The notes below the pieces were generated by a model, which was not told the origin of the DNA, made no database searches, and saw only the letters and a program-made list of their open reading frames with translations. Source: Minisyncoccota bacterium (lineage in GTDB: Bacteria > Patescibacteriota > Minisyncoccia > Phycocordibacterales > GWA1-40-21). Taken from it: a stretch of DNA of 64,000 bases. The position numbers and the translations under genes were made by a program. Numbering within the stretch: the stretch's first letter is position 1; each line of letters opens with the position of its first letter. Positions 9,704-18,735 of the stretch are shown here, one piece after another. Location: positions 37,590 to 101,589 of the forward strand of contig JBAZYH010000001.1 of the NCBI GenBank assembly GCA_041659365.1, read 5' to 3'.

Positions 9704-10084
9704 CTATCCCAAAACTTTCTCTGCAGCTTCAACTATTTCATCAAGAGAAAGTATAGCTTTAACCAGAAACATTCTTGCACCGAGTCTGGTCCCTCTCTCC
9801 ACATCAGATTTCTGTCCAAGATTCGAAAGAATAATGACTGGGGTGCCTTTTGATCTCTCATCTAAATTAAGATTCTCCATAACCTCAAAACCATTTACTT
9901 TGGGTAAAAGTAAATCAAGCAAAACTAAATCATACCTATTTAACTTAATCATAGAAATAGCGTCCTCACCATTTGAAGCCCGCCCGATGAGGGCCTTCTC
10001 ATCTATAAATTTCTTTGCAAGCATTTCGCTTAGAAGATTATCATCTTCAACTATCAATATTTTTTTACCATCAAATTTTGCCAT
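9704..10084 (-). CDS. single-domain response regulator (receiver)
   Basis: ILIVEDD, LLDLLLP, IILSN and FLVK receiver motifs. Confidence 0.9.
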   Translation of the reverse strand: MAKFDGKKILIVEDDNLLSEMLAKKFIDEKALIGRASNGEDAISMIKLNRYDLVLLDLLLPKVNGFEVMENLNLDERSKGTPVIILSNLGQKSDVERGTRLGARMFLVKAILSLDEIVEAAEKVLG

Positions 10085-10098
10085 TTTATTTTTAAAAA

Positions 10099-10809
10099 TT
10101 ATTCAAGTAGTAACAATATTGTAACCGTTGTCCCTTCATTTAGAGTTGAATCTATTTTAATACTACCACCATTCATTTCAAGTATTTTTCTTGTAGTATA
10201 AAGACCAATTCCACTTTTTCCAGGTTTCATTTCTATAGTATTTTCACCCTTAATAAATCCATCAAAAATATTTTTTAATCTTTCTGGGGAAATACCGACA
10301 CCTGTATCTTTTACAATTAGTCTTAAACTACTACTAATTTTATCAACAGAGATAATAACCTTACCGTTTGGCGAATATCTAAGTGCGTTGTCTACAACGT
10401 TTATAATAGCAAGTTCTATCGTCTCCATATCAGCAAAGGCGGTGGCCTCAGTACATCTATTATACTCAACTATATTATTTTTTTCTTGAACTAAATATTT
10501 TAAATTTTTTAAGACATTATCTATCAATAAACATAGATTAAATCTCTCTTTTTTAAAATCAAGCTTTTTACTGTCTTTAAAAAGATTTAATACTTCCTCT
10601 GTAATATTTATAGACTCCAAAACTTTATTATAAGACTCTTTTACTAATTGAATATCTCCGTCCTTTTTTTCTGAAATAATTGACTCAAGTAGCCACCTTG
10701 CACCATTTAATGGAGTACGAAGTCTATGAACAAGAGCCATAATTAATGTTTTATCAAAACTACACATCCTTAGATCTTCTTCCTTTTCCTTTCTCTTAAA
10801 AAAATTCAT
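10099..10809 (-). CDS. histidine kinase lacking a sensor/TM domain
   Basis: HRLRTPLN H-box, NVVDNALRYS N-box, DTGVGI and SGIGL G-boxes. Confidence 0.88.
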   Translation of the reverse strand: MNFFKRKEKEEDLRMCSFDKTLIMALVHRLRTPLNGARWLLESIISEKKDGDIQLVKESYNKVLESINITEEVLNLFKDSKKLDFKKERFNLCLLIDNVLKNLKYLVQEKNNIVEYNRCTEATAFADMETIELAIINVVDNALRYSPNGKVIISVDKISSSLRLIVKDTGVGISPERLKNIFDGFIKGENTIEMKPGKSGIGLYTTRKILEMNGGSIKIDSTLNEGTTVTILLLLE

Positions 10810-10860
10810 AAGATGATTATATCACAAGGAACAAAATATTGAACTATAAAAAATACACTA

Positions 10861-10982
10861 AACCTGGATTGCTTCGCTTCGCTCGCAAAGACACAAATTA
10901 TTAATAATGAAAAAACAGATTTCATTTTGTGAAATCTGTTTTTATTATATGTCTTTGCGAGCGAAGCGAAGCAATCCAGGTT
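10861..10982. repeat. REP/REPIN-like inverted doublet (family A) with central hairpin
   Basis: AACCTGGATTGCTTCGCTTCGCTCGCAAAGAC ... GTCTTTGCGAGCGAAGCGAAGCAATCCAGGTT. Confidence 0.85.
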
Positions 10983-10999
10983 GATTTTATTAAAATTTT

Positions 11000-13063
11000 T
11001 TATTTCTTCCTTTTAATAGTTTTGACCTTTGGAGTCATTACCTTTATTTTTTCTTTCAACAATAAAATTTCGTCTCGAAGAATAGAAGCGGACTCGAAAT
11101 CTAATATTTTTACAGCGGCATTCATCTGTATTTCTTTCTGTCGAATAAGCTTTTCTGGATTTTTAACAGAGGATACCTCATCTATTCTCAAAAGCTCCTG
11201 CACGGCTTTATCATGATCACTTCTCAAATGTTCAGTAATATCTTTTATAGCCTTAATTATAGTCCTTGGAGTTATGCCATTTTTTTTATTATAGGCTATC
11301 TGTATATCTCTTCTTCTATTTGTTTCTTCTAAAGCTCTTTCTATAGAACCTGTGATTCTATCTGCATAAAGAACAACCCGTCCAGCTACGTTTCTGGCTG
11401 CACGTCCTATTGTCTGTATAAGTGAGGTATCCGAACGCAAAAATCCTTCTTTATCAGCATCAAGTATTCCTATAAACTCTACTTCTGGAAGATCAAGACC
11501 CTCTCTGAGCAAGTTTACTCCTACAAGACAGTCAAACTTCCCTCTTCTAAAACTTGTAAGAATTTCTATTCTGTCTATAGTTTTTATTTCACTATGTAAA
11601 TATTCTGCTTTAACACCTTTTTCTTTTAAATATTCACTAAGATCTTCTGCCATCTTTTTAGTAAGTGTTGTAGCAATAACTCTTCCGCCTCCTTTTATAA
11701 CTTTTAATGATTCATCTATAAAATCAAAAACTTGAGATTTATTTTTATTCTTCACTTCAGTAATCGGCCTTATTTCTACAACAGGATCAATAAGTCCAGT
11801 AGGCCTAATAACCTGCTCAACTATTTGTTCAGAATTTTCTCTCTCGTAATCTCCTGGAGTTGCTGAAGTAAAAATAACTTGATTTATTCTCTCCTCAAAT
11901 TCATCAAACTTTAGTGGTCTATTGTCCTTTGCAGATGGAAGCCTAAAACCATAATCTATAAGAGTTTTCTTTCTTGAAGCATCTCCCGCATACATACCAC
12001 GAATCTGAGAGACAGCTACGTGTGATTCATCTATAACAGTAAGAAAATCTGGAGTACCATCTTCTTTTTTAGGAAAATATTCAAGCAGACTGTCTGGAGC
12101 TTCTCCTGGATTTTTACCAGAAAAATGTCTGGAATAATTTTCTATACCATTACAATAACCAACCTCTTTTATTAAAGCGAGATCATAAGTAGTTCTCCTT
12201 CGAAGTCTTTCTGCTTCAAGATTTTTACCTTCCTTTTTCAAATCTTCGAGTTGTTTTTCCAACTCCGCTTTTATACTTTTGAAGGCTCTTTCTTGTTGTT
12301 CCTTATCTGTAATAAAATGTTTTGCAGGAAAGATAAAAATCGATTGTATATTATCTTCAACAATATTTCTTGAAACAGAATCTATTCTGGTAATAGCTGA
12401 GACTTCGTCATTCTCAATATCTATCCTTATAATAATCTTTTCGTTTACTGGCATTACTTCAATAGAATTACTTACTGCTCTAAATGTTCCAGATTTGATA
12501 TCAGAATTTGTTCTTTCAAAGTAAACACTTATAAGCTTCCTTACTAAATCTTGTCTTGAATAACTATCTCCTATTTTTAGTTTAAGATTAACTTTTTCAT
12601 ATTCCTTTGGACTTCCTAAACCATATATACAAGAAACTGATGCGACAATTATCACATCTTTCCTTGTAAGAAGTGCCTGAGTAGAAGCATGACGAAGTCG
12701 ATCAATTTCCTCATTTATCATTGCCTCTTTTTCTATATAAGTATCTGTAACAGGCATATAAGCCTCTGGCTGATAATAGTCATAATAAGAGACAAAATAA
12801 TGTACAGCATTATCAGGGAAGAATTCTTTATATTCTTGAGCAAGCTGAGCCGCAAGGGTTTTATTGTGAGCTATTACAAGAGTTGGTTTCTGTATTTGCT
12901 GGATAACATTTGCAACTGTAAAAGTTTTTCCAGAGCCAGTAACACCAAAAAGGGTTTGTTTTTTAAACCCCTTTTTAATCCCTTCAACTAGCTGTTCAAT
13001 TGCATTTGGCTGGTCACCAGCGGGAGCATAATCAGCTCGAATTTTAAACTTATTTTGTGACAT
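11000..13063 (-). CDS. uvrB: excinuclease ABC subunit B
   Basis: GVTGSGKT, YFVSYYDYYQPEAY, IDESH and QTIGRAARN. Start taken at MSQNKF because the upstream ATG (13084) comes from a repeat. Confidence 0.97.
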   Translation of the reverse strand: MSQNKFKIRADYAPAGDQPNAIEQLVEGIKKGFKKQTLFGVTGSGKTFTVANVIQQIQKPTLVIAHNKTLAAQLAQEYKEFFPDNAVHYFVSYYDYYQPEAYMPVTDTYIEKEAMINEEIDRLRHASTQALLTRKDVIIVASVSCIYGLGSPKEYEKVNLKLKIGDSYSRQDLVRKLISVYFERTNSDIKSGTFRAVSNSIEVMPVNEKIIIRIDIENDEVSAITRIDSVSRNIVEDNIQSIFIFPAKHFITDKEQQERAFKSIKAELEKQLEDLKKEGKNLEAERLRRRTTYDLALIKEVGYCNGIENYSRHFSGKNPGEAPDSLLEYFPKKEDGTPDFLTVIDESHVAVSQIRGMYAGDASRKKTLIDYGFRLPSAKDNRPLKFDEFEERINQVIFTSATPGDYERENSEQIVEQVIRPTGLIDPVVEIRPITEVKNKNKSQVFDFIDESLKVIKGGGRVIATTLTKKMAEDLSEYLKEKGVKAEYLHSEIKTIDRIEILTSFRRGKFDCLVGVNLLREGLDLPEVEFIGILDADKEGFLRSDTSLIQTIGRAARNVAGRVVLYADRITGSIERALEETNRRRDIQIAYNKKNGITPRTIIKAIKDITEHLRSDHDKAVQELLRIDEVSSVKNPEKLIRQKEIQMNAAVKILDFESASILRDEILLLKEKIKVMTPKVKTIKRKK

Positions 13064-13078
13064 AATTTTGTTTTTGTG

Positions 13079-13153
13079 TGTCATTCCCGTGAAGACGGTA
13101 ATCCATGAATATTATATTTCTGTCATTGCGAGGTAGTCCGTCGCAATCCAGGT
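13079..13153. repeat. family B (GTCATTCCC..AATCC) and family A (GTCATTGCGAG..GCAATCC) repeats
   Basis: TGTCATTCCCGTGAAGACGGTAATCCA and TGTCATTGCGAGGTAGTCCGTCGCAATCCAGGTT; the latter is identical to 43647-43680. Confidence 0.8.
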
Positions 13154-13289
13154 TATATTAACTGATTCTATATTACCCTTGAATGAATAATAATAACATT
13201 TGACAATCAAACAATGATTATGCTACATTTTAAAAGGAAAGACAAGTGTTTTTTTTAAAAAAAAACACAAAGAAAAAGGATAGTACGTT

Positions 13290-13592
13290 ATGGAACTGTC
13301 AAAAGAAAGAATGGGTAAGATTGCAATATTAATGCTCAAGAAAATCTATGAGAGACACCAGAGTAAAATGGGTATTCTCGGCCACATCAATGCCGTGGAG
13401 TTCGTGGAAGATATTTCAGCTGATTGTGCCGACCTTCCCAAGGAAGACGACATCAAGCTCGAAGAATACTTCGCTGTAATGAGTAAGATTCTTCCGAAAG
13501 AAAGTCAGGGAACATACGATGAGGCAGTGAAAAATTTCCTGGAGAAAAAATTAGTTGCTACAAAGTCACCCGAACCCGAATCGAAAAGCTGA
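13290..13592 (+). CDS. orphan hypothetical protein
   Basis: TTGACA at 13200, AAGGA SD, terminator at 13652-13688. Confidence 0.7.
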   Translation: MELSKERMGKIAILMLKKIYERHQSKMGILGHINAVEFVEDISADCADLPKEDDIKLEEYFAVMSKILPKESQGTYDEAVKNFLEKKLVATKSPEPESKS

Positions 13593-13651
13593 TCTTTTTT
13601 ACAGCATTTTGACAAAGGTTTTCAAGGACGGAACAATCATCCCTACTTGAA

Positions 13652-13688
13652 AATCAAAAACCGCGTGCACGACACACGCGGTTTTCTT
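13652..13688 (+). terminator. intrinsic terminator, identical 37-bp copy at 14201-14237
   Basis: AATCAAAAACCGCGTGCACGACACACGCGGTTTTCTT. Confidence 0.8.
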
Positions 13689-13795
13689 ATTTTTTAAAAA
13701 TTGAGTTCAAACTAAAATTGACTTAATCTGACTTATTATGTAGTCTTTTAACTAGGAAATCAAGTTCTCAAACAAAACGAGTAAAAGGAGCCAGT

Positions 13796-14182
13796 ATGAA
13801 AAGGTTTTTAGTCCGATCATCGAAAGAGAACCAGTTTTGGACTTTTTTGATCAAAAAAAGCCGTAACGGAAAAATGGGGTTATGGTTTGTGATGGTGTAT
13901 GTTAAGAGTCTCAACTTTATTACCCTTTCCCCCGTCTGGAGAAAGATTGAAAATAATGGGTTACCAAAAAATATTGGTACCCATGGCCGTTTCATTCTTG
14001 GTGGAGACATCAAGCTACTTGGTGGTGACGATGCTGGATCAAATGAAAAAGAATACATCTCACAAACAACACAAAGTGGCTCTGTTAAACACACACTTCC
14101 TTGTGACGGTTTTGGCAGAGAAAAAATATTTCGCACTCTTCTCTTACTTTCAAAAGAAAGCTCTGGAGAACAGGTTGTCTAA
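13796..14182 (+). CDS. orphan hypothetical protein
   Basis: AAGGAG SD, TTGACT upstream, duplicated terminator downstream. Confidence 0.6.
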   Translation: MKRFLVRSSKENQFWTFLIKKSRNGKMGLWFVMVYVKSLNFITLSPVWRKIENNGLPKNIGTHGRFILGGDIKLLGGDDAGSNEKEYISQTTQSGSVKHTLPCDGFGREKIFRTLLLLSKESSGEQVV

Positions 14183-14200
14183 GGCCCAAAACCTTAGGTT

Positions 14201-14237
14201 AATCAAAAACCGCGTGCACGACACACGCGGTTTTCTT
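14201..14237. terminator. intrinsic (probably bidirectional) terminator, copy 2
   Basis: Identical to 13652-13688; lies between convergent ORFs. Confidence 0.8.
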
Positions 14238-14257
14238 CTGTCACTTAAGCGACAAAA

Positions 14258-14725
14258 TCAGTCGAATCGTTTACAATTTCTACCTACAAACCAAGGTTTT
14301 TTCTCTAAATATTCAATAATAAACTCCCCTTTTCTTTTGTGGACATTATACCTTGCCTTAAAAGTTAACCATCCACAAATATCAACATTTCCCTTTTTAA
14401 TTACGTCAACCGGTAATTTAAAAAGAGAACAAAGAGTCAGTCTTGATTCTTTATCAAAATAACCAGATAAAAAATAATCACTATAATTATATTCTATATT
14501 TTCAATACCTGTAATTACAACAGATATAGCAATTGCAGTTGTACTTTTTTCCCATCCTTTTATTGGTTGTAAGAGAATTTTAAAAATTACAGGAAAACCA
14601 AAAGGCGAATTTCCCCCACTACTACCTAATGATGGTAAAGTAATTGAAAGCGAAGTTAAAACACTATGAAGTGAAGGTCCATCATCGATACTTGTAGTTA
14701 CCAGTTCTCTTTTTTCGGTAGTCAT
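14258..14725 (-). CDS. orphan hypothetical protein
   Basis: AAGGAG SD; TTGACA...TATAAT promoter-like sequence on the minus strand at 14841-14869. Confidence 0.65.
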   Translation of the reverse strand: MTTEKRELVTTSIDDGPSLHSVLTSLSITLPSLGSSGGNSPFGFPVIFKILLQPIKGWEKSTTAIAISVVITGIENIEYNYSDYFLSGYFDKESRLTLCSLFKLPVDVIKKGNVDICGWLTFKARYNVHKRKGEFIIEYLEKKPWFVGRNCKRFD

Positions 14726-14883
14726 ACGACTCTCCTTTTTGAATGAACAAGCGTATTAGTTGATGAATACACGATACATCCTTATTTCCAGTTTTACCTA
14801 GAAACGACCCAACCATACAGTCAGGAATTAATTCATTTTTATATTATATATAATATGTAGTAATGTCAATTTTTAGGATTATA

Positions 14884-14923
14884 AATTTTACACATATACG
14901 CCATGGCGTATATGTGTAAAATT
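14884..14923. repeat. 40-bp perfect palindrome with the same core as those flanking the Cas2-like gene
   Basis: AATTTTACACATATACGCCATGGCGTATATGTGTAAAATT. Confidence 0.9.
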
Positions 14924-14940
14924 AATTTATTAAAATACTT

Positions 14941-15066
14941 AACCTGGATTGCGACGTCAGAATACTTCCTCGCAATGACAGAAGGGGAATTTTGCGAAGC
15001 AAAATTCCCCTCTCTCCTATTTATTTTCTTTTTGTCATTGCGAGTTACTACGTCGCAATCCAGGTT
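14941..15066. repeat. family A inverted doublet with central GCGAAGC hairpin
   Basis: AACCTGGATTGCG..CTCGCAATGACA / GGGGAATTTTGCGAAGCAAAATTCCCC / TGTCATTGCGAG..CGCAATCCAGGTT. Confidence 0.85.
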
Positions 15067-15076
15067 AATTTTTATT

Positions 15077-16378
15077 TTATTTAAGATATTTACTTAAAAA
15101 TTCTTTTCTAAATTTATCAAAATTATTATCTAGTATACTCTGACGGATTTTTTTAACTAGATTAACAATAAAATAGATATTATGTATTGAAGCTAGTGTT
15201 CCACCAAGCATTTCTTTACCATGGAAAAGATGACACAAATAAGCTCTAGAATAATTCTTACATGTATAACACGCGCAATCATCTTCAACGGGTTTTATAT
15301 CTATTCTAAACTCGTTATTCATTATATGAATCTTCCCTGTCTTAGTGTAAATAGTTCCGTTTCTTCCAAGCCTTGTTGGTAATACACAATCAAAAAGATC
15401 TATACCATTTTCGATTCCCATAAATAAATCTTCTGGTTCACCAATACCCAAAAGGTGTCTTGGTTTTTCTTCTGGAAGTATCTCATTTACCCATTTTACA
15501 GCAGTAGACATATCTTCTTTAGCGAAAGAACCACCTATTCCAAAACCATCAAACTTTTCTCCATCTATCTCCATTTCTGAAATTACTTTTGCAGATTTCT
15601 TTCTTAAATTTTCATCTCTACCACCTTGGATAATTCCGAATAATGCTGGGCCAAAAAAATCCTGGATTCCCGCCTCCGCGAGAATGACAGATTCGGTTTT
15701 TGTTTCTTTCAACTTTTCACTTTGAACTTTTAACTTGAGATGTTCTTCCAGACAGCGCTTTGCCCAAGAATGAGTCCTCTCAAGTGCCTCCTCTTGATAC
15801 TTCAAATCTTCGGATGGTGAAGTACACTCATCAAAAGCAAATATCATATCTGCACCTAAGTTATGTTGTATCTGTATAGATCTCTCAGGAGTAATATAGT
15901 GAACAGAACCATCTATATGAGATGTAAAAGAAACTCCATCCTGTCCTATCTTTGCCAGCCTTGGAGCATTTGAATCATCAAATCTTTCAGGAATCAAAAG
16001 AGATGGATTAGTTATTTGTATAACTTTTGATATTTCTTTTCCATAAGCAGCACCAAGAGAAAAAACTTGAAAACCACCAGAATCAGTCATACTCGGTCCG
16101 TGCCAGTTCATCATTTTATTTAAACCACCCATTTTCTTCACAGATTCATCTCCAGGCTGAAGATATAAGTGATATGTATTTGCAAGGACTACTTGAGCTC
16201 CAGTATCTCTCACCTGCTCAGGATTGACCGATTTTACTGTCCCCTTAGTCCCAACCACCACAAAAGCAGGGGTTTCTATTATCCCGTGAGCTGTTTCTAT
16301 AGTTCCTGCTCTTCCAAGCTTTCCTTCAAGCTTTTTTTCTATTTTAAAATTAATAGCTTTCACTTGGTTAATATACAT
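15077..16378 (-). CDS. tgt: tRNA-guanine transglycosylase
   Basis: LANTYHL, DSGGFQ, FDECT, LFGIIQGG, DLFDCVLPTR and CACYTC zinc site. Start at 16378, or GTG at 16363. Confidence 0.95.
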   Translation of the reverse strand: MYINQVKAINFKIEKKLEGKLGRAGTIETAHGIIETPAFVVVGTKGTVKSVNPEQVRDTGAQVVLANTYHLYLQPGDESVKKMGGLNKMMNWHGPSMTDSGGFQVFSLGAAYGKEISKVIQITNPSLLIPERFDDSNAPRLAKIGQDGVSFTSHIDGSVHYITPERSIQIQHNLGADMIFAFDECTSPSEDLKYQEEALERTHSWAKRCLEEHLKLKVQSEKLKETKTESVILAEAGIQDFFGPALFGIIQGGRDENLRKKSAKVISEMEIDGEKFDGFGIGGSFAKEDMSTAVKWVNEILPEEKPRHLLGIGEPEDLFMGIENGIDLFDCVLPTRLGRNGTIYTKTGKIHIMNNEFRIDIKPVEDDCACYTCKNYSRAYLCHLFHGKEMLGGTLASIHNIYFIVNLVKKIRQSILDNNFDKFRKEFLSKYLK

Positions 16379-16430
16379 GAATAAATATATTACTGCAAAG
16401 AGATAAAAAATGCATTTAAGATAGAGAGTA

Positions 16431-16552
16431 AAGCTGAGCGTTTTAAAAGCCTTACGGAAATAAATTTGTAGCAACAAATTTATTGAGTAGAGAAAAAGCC
16501 CCGCGACGGCGGGACTTTTATCGTGCTTTCAAAACGCTCTGCGAGCGAGCCT
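16431..16552. repeat. multi-stem structured element of about 122 nt, copy 1 (inverted copy at 42117-42238)
   Basis: Conserved scaffold and loops with completely different but still pairing internal stems. Confidence 0.75.
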
Positions 16553-17014
16553 CTATTTAACTTCCAATAATTCAACCTCAAAAATCAAAGTAGAATTTCC
16601 AGGTATAGGACCGTAATCATTTGGACCATAAGCAAAATCTGGAGGTATCACGAGAAGTCTCTTTCCACCAACTTTCATACCTTCTATACCTATGTCCCAA
16701 CCTTTAATAACCATTCCTGATCCAAGTGTAAATTCAAAAGGAACACCTCTATCTCTAGAACTATCAAACTTCTTACCATCTGCAAACACACCAGTATAGT
16801 GAACCTTTACAGTTTTACCTGCTGTAGCAACATCACCAGTACCTAGAGTTAAATCTTTTTGGTCAATCTGTATAACTTGAGTATCTTCTTGTTGAGTCAT
16901 TTCATTTTTATTATTATCTGAACCTATAAAATTATTTACTAATCCCGCGCCTCCAACCATCGCGAGTATAACTATAATCGAAACAGCGACTGCAATTGAT
17001 GTTTTTTTATCCAT
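16553..17014 (-). CDS. FKBP-type peptidyl-prolyl isomerase with N-terminal anchor
   Basis: [19 protein letters not shown] and LIFEVELL. Confidence 0.95.
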   Translation of the reverse strand: MDKKTSIAVAVSIIVILAMVGGAGLVNNFIGSDNNKNEMTQQEDTQVIQIDQKDLTLGTGDVATAGKTVKVHYTGVFADGKKFDSSRDRGVPFEFTLGSGMVIKGWDIGIEGMKVGGKRLLVIPPDFAYGPNDYGPIPGNSTLIFEVELLEVK

Positions 17015-17135
17015 ACTTTTTTAAACTAATAAATTAAACTAATAAATTATTGACCTATCTTATATACAAATATTATATCACACGTAAAAAATAAAAAAAC
17101 GATTACCTTTTAAAAAGATGTGATATAATTTATCC

Positions 17136-17867
17136 ATGATTTTTAAAAATATTTTTTCTAATAAAAAGGAATCCAATGTAGTAAAGGCAGTAAATAATTA
17201 TATATCAGCTGGCCCCATAACTACCAAAAGGATGGAAGAAATTATTAAAAAAAGGACAAAAACCACTGATAGAGAGTTTGAAAAAGGATATAAATTAATA
17301 AAGAAATATCCAAGATCAGTAAGTATCCTAGGTTCAGCAAGATTCAAGGAAGATAATATATACTACAAGCAAGCACGATCTCTAGCATATAGAATAGTAA
17401 AAGAACTAAAATATGCTGTAGTTACTGGTGGTGGTCCGGGGGTAATGGAAGCAGCAAATAGAGGGGCTTTTGAAGGGGAAGGTGTTTCTCTTGGTATCAC
17501 TATCAAACTTCCAAAAGAACAGGGTACGAACAAATATGTTACTGAATTTGCAGAATTTGAATATTTTTTCAGTAGAAAAACAATATTGTTTTTCTCAGCA
17601 GAAACTTATATTTATTATCCTGGAGGTTTTGGTACTATGGATGAATTTTTTGAAATAGTAACATTAATACAAACCAAAAAAATACCTAAAGTTCCAGTAG
17701 TTCTTGTTGGAAAAGAATTCTGGCAACCGCTTCTTGCTCTCATTAAAGAAGAATTATATGAAGATAATGCAACTATAAACGAAATCGACATGGAACTTTA
17801 TAAAATAGTTGATTCTGAAGATGAAATATTAGATATAATTCGAAAAGCTCCATATAGACAGGAATGA
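17136..17867 (+). CDS. LOG-family (TIGR00730-type) nucleotide phosphoribohydrolase
   Basis: TGGGPGVMEAANRGA and PGGFGTMDE. Confidence 0.92.
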   Translation: MIFKNIFSNKKESNVVKAVNNYISAGPITTKRMEEIIKKRTKTTDREFEKGYKLIKKYPRSVSILGSARFKEDNIYYKQARSLAYRIVKELKYAVVTGGGPGVMEAANRGAFEGEGVSLGITIKLPKEQGTNKYVTEFAEFEYFFSRKTILFFSAETYIYYPGGFGTMDEFFEIVTLIQTKKIPKVPVVLVGKEFWQPLLALIKEELYEDNATINEIDMELYKIVDSEDEILDIIRKAPYRQE

Positions 17868-17902
17868 TAATAAGTTAAAAGTAGAAAGTTTAAAGTTAAA
17901 AG

Positions 17903-17952
17903 CAATACAAATACAAAAACCACTTAAATTAAGTGGTTTTTGTATTTGTATT
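17903..17952. terminator. bidirectional terminator hairpin
   Basis: AATACAAATACAAAAACCACTTAA-A-TTAAGTGGTTTTTGTATTTGTATT between convergent genes. Confidence 0.75.
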
Positions 17953-17966
17953 AAATTGTCCTTATA

Positions 17967-18326
17967 TTATATTCTATATTCCTCAAGTTTTTTTGCAACA
18001 GCAAGGGCTGTTAAATTTTCTTTTGTTTGTGCTGCACCAGGTAAATTTTCCCATAATTCTAAAATTGACTTAGAAAAAGCTTGCGCATTTTTAGCAAAAT
18101 TAATCCATCCTTCATTAGGACCAAATTCATCTTCTGATACACTAACTGTTTCTGGAGTAATATTAAACTCAGCACCATTTCTATCCCAAGTGAATTTACC
18201 TTCTCCAACCTTTTTTATTCCTTCAAGAGATTCACCATAAATTGGAGCATCCATGTATGCAACTACAGCTTCATCAAACAAGGGTTTATATATTTCTTTT
18301 TTCTCAACATCTTTAATTTCTTCCAT
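17967..18326 (-). CDS. hypothetical acidic protein
   Basis: 119-aa ORF with genome-typical composition. Confidence 0.65.
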   Translation of the reverse strand: MEEIKDVEKKEIYKPLFDEAVVAYMDAPIYGESLEGIKKVGEGKFTWDRNGAEFNITPETVSVSEDEFGPNEGWINFAKNAQAFSKSILELWENLPGAAQTKENLTALAVAKKLEEYRI

Positions 18327-18384
18327 ATTTTTATTATTAAATTACTAATACCCTAATTTTACCCCCCCTATAACTTTTTGCAAT

Positions 18385-18731
18385 AGCAATAACAAAAAGT
18401 TCGGGCGAACACTTTTTACTAAAAGTGTTTTAGCCCCGAAAAATAATGCAAGCATATATTGTGTCATTCCCGTACAGACGAGAATCTAGTATTAATCAAT
18501 ACAACCTGGATTCCCTTTTTCAAGAGAATGACAATACAAAAAACTAATTAACCTGGATTGCTTCGTTCCTCGCAAAGACAATACTCATACAAATACTAAT
18601 ACTGGATTCCCGCCTACGCGGGAACGACAATACAAAAAACGAGGAGACACCTTTTTGAGGATTTAAGGTCTCACCTCGTTTTTTGTTATTTTCCGCGTAA
18701 GGTCAGCGTGGTTCCGCGTCTTGTCCGCGAT
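18385..18731. repeat. cluster of repeats from several families (B, B, A, B, C, CCGCG-type, nested hairpin)
   Basis: TGTCATTCCCG.., CTGGATTCCC..GAATGAC, CTGGATTGCTTCG..CGCAAAGAC, GAGGAGACACC..AAGGTCTCACCTC and TTCCGCGTAAGGTCAGCG..TCCGCG. Confidence 0.8.
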
Positions 18732-18735
18732 AGAT

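Noticed and set aside
10929-11216. ORFs 10929..11216 and 24457..24789
   Set aside because: They start within family A repeats and run antisense to real genes.
13768-14462. ORFs 13768..14136 (-) and 13899..14462 (+)
   Set aside because: They overlap the SD-supported ORF 13796..14182, and the second reads through a terminator into a convergent gene.
14903-15097. ORFs sharing MAYMCK (also 57709..57897)
   Set aside because: The shared peptide is just the palindrome translated.
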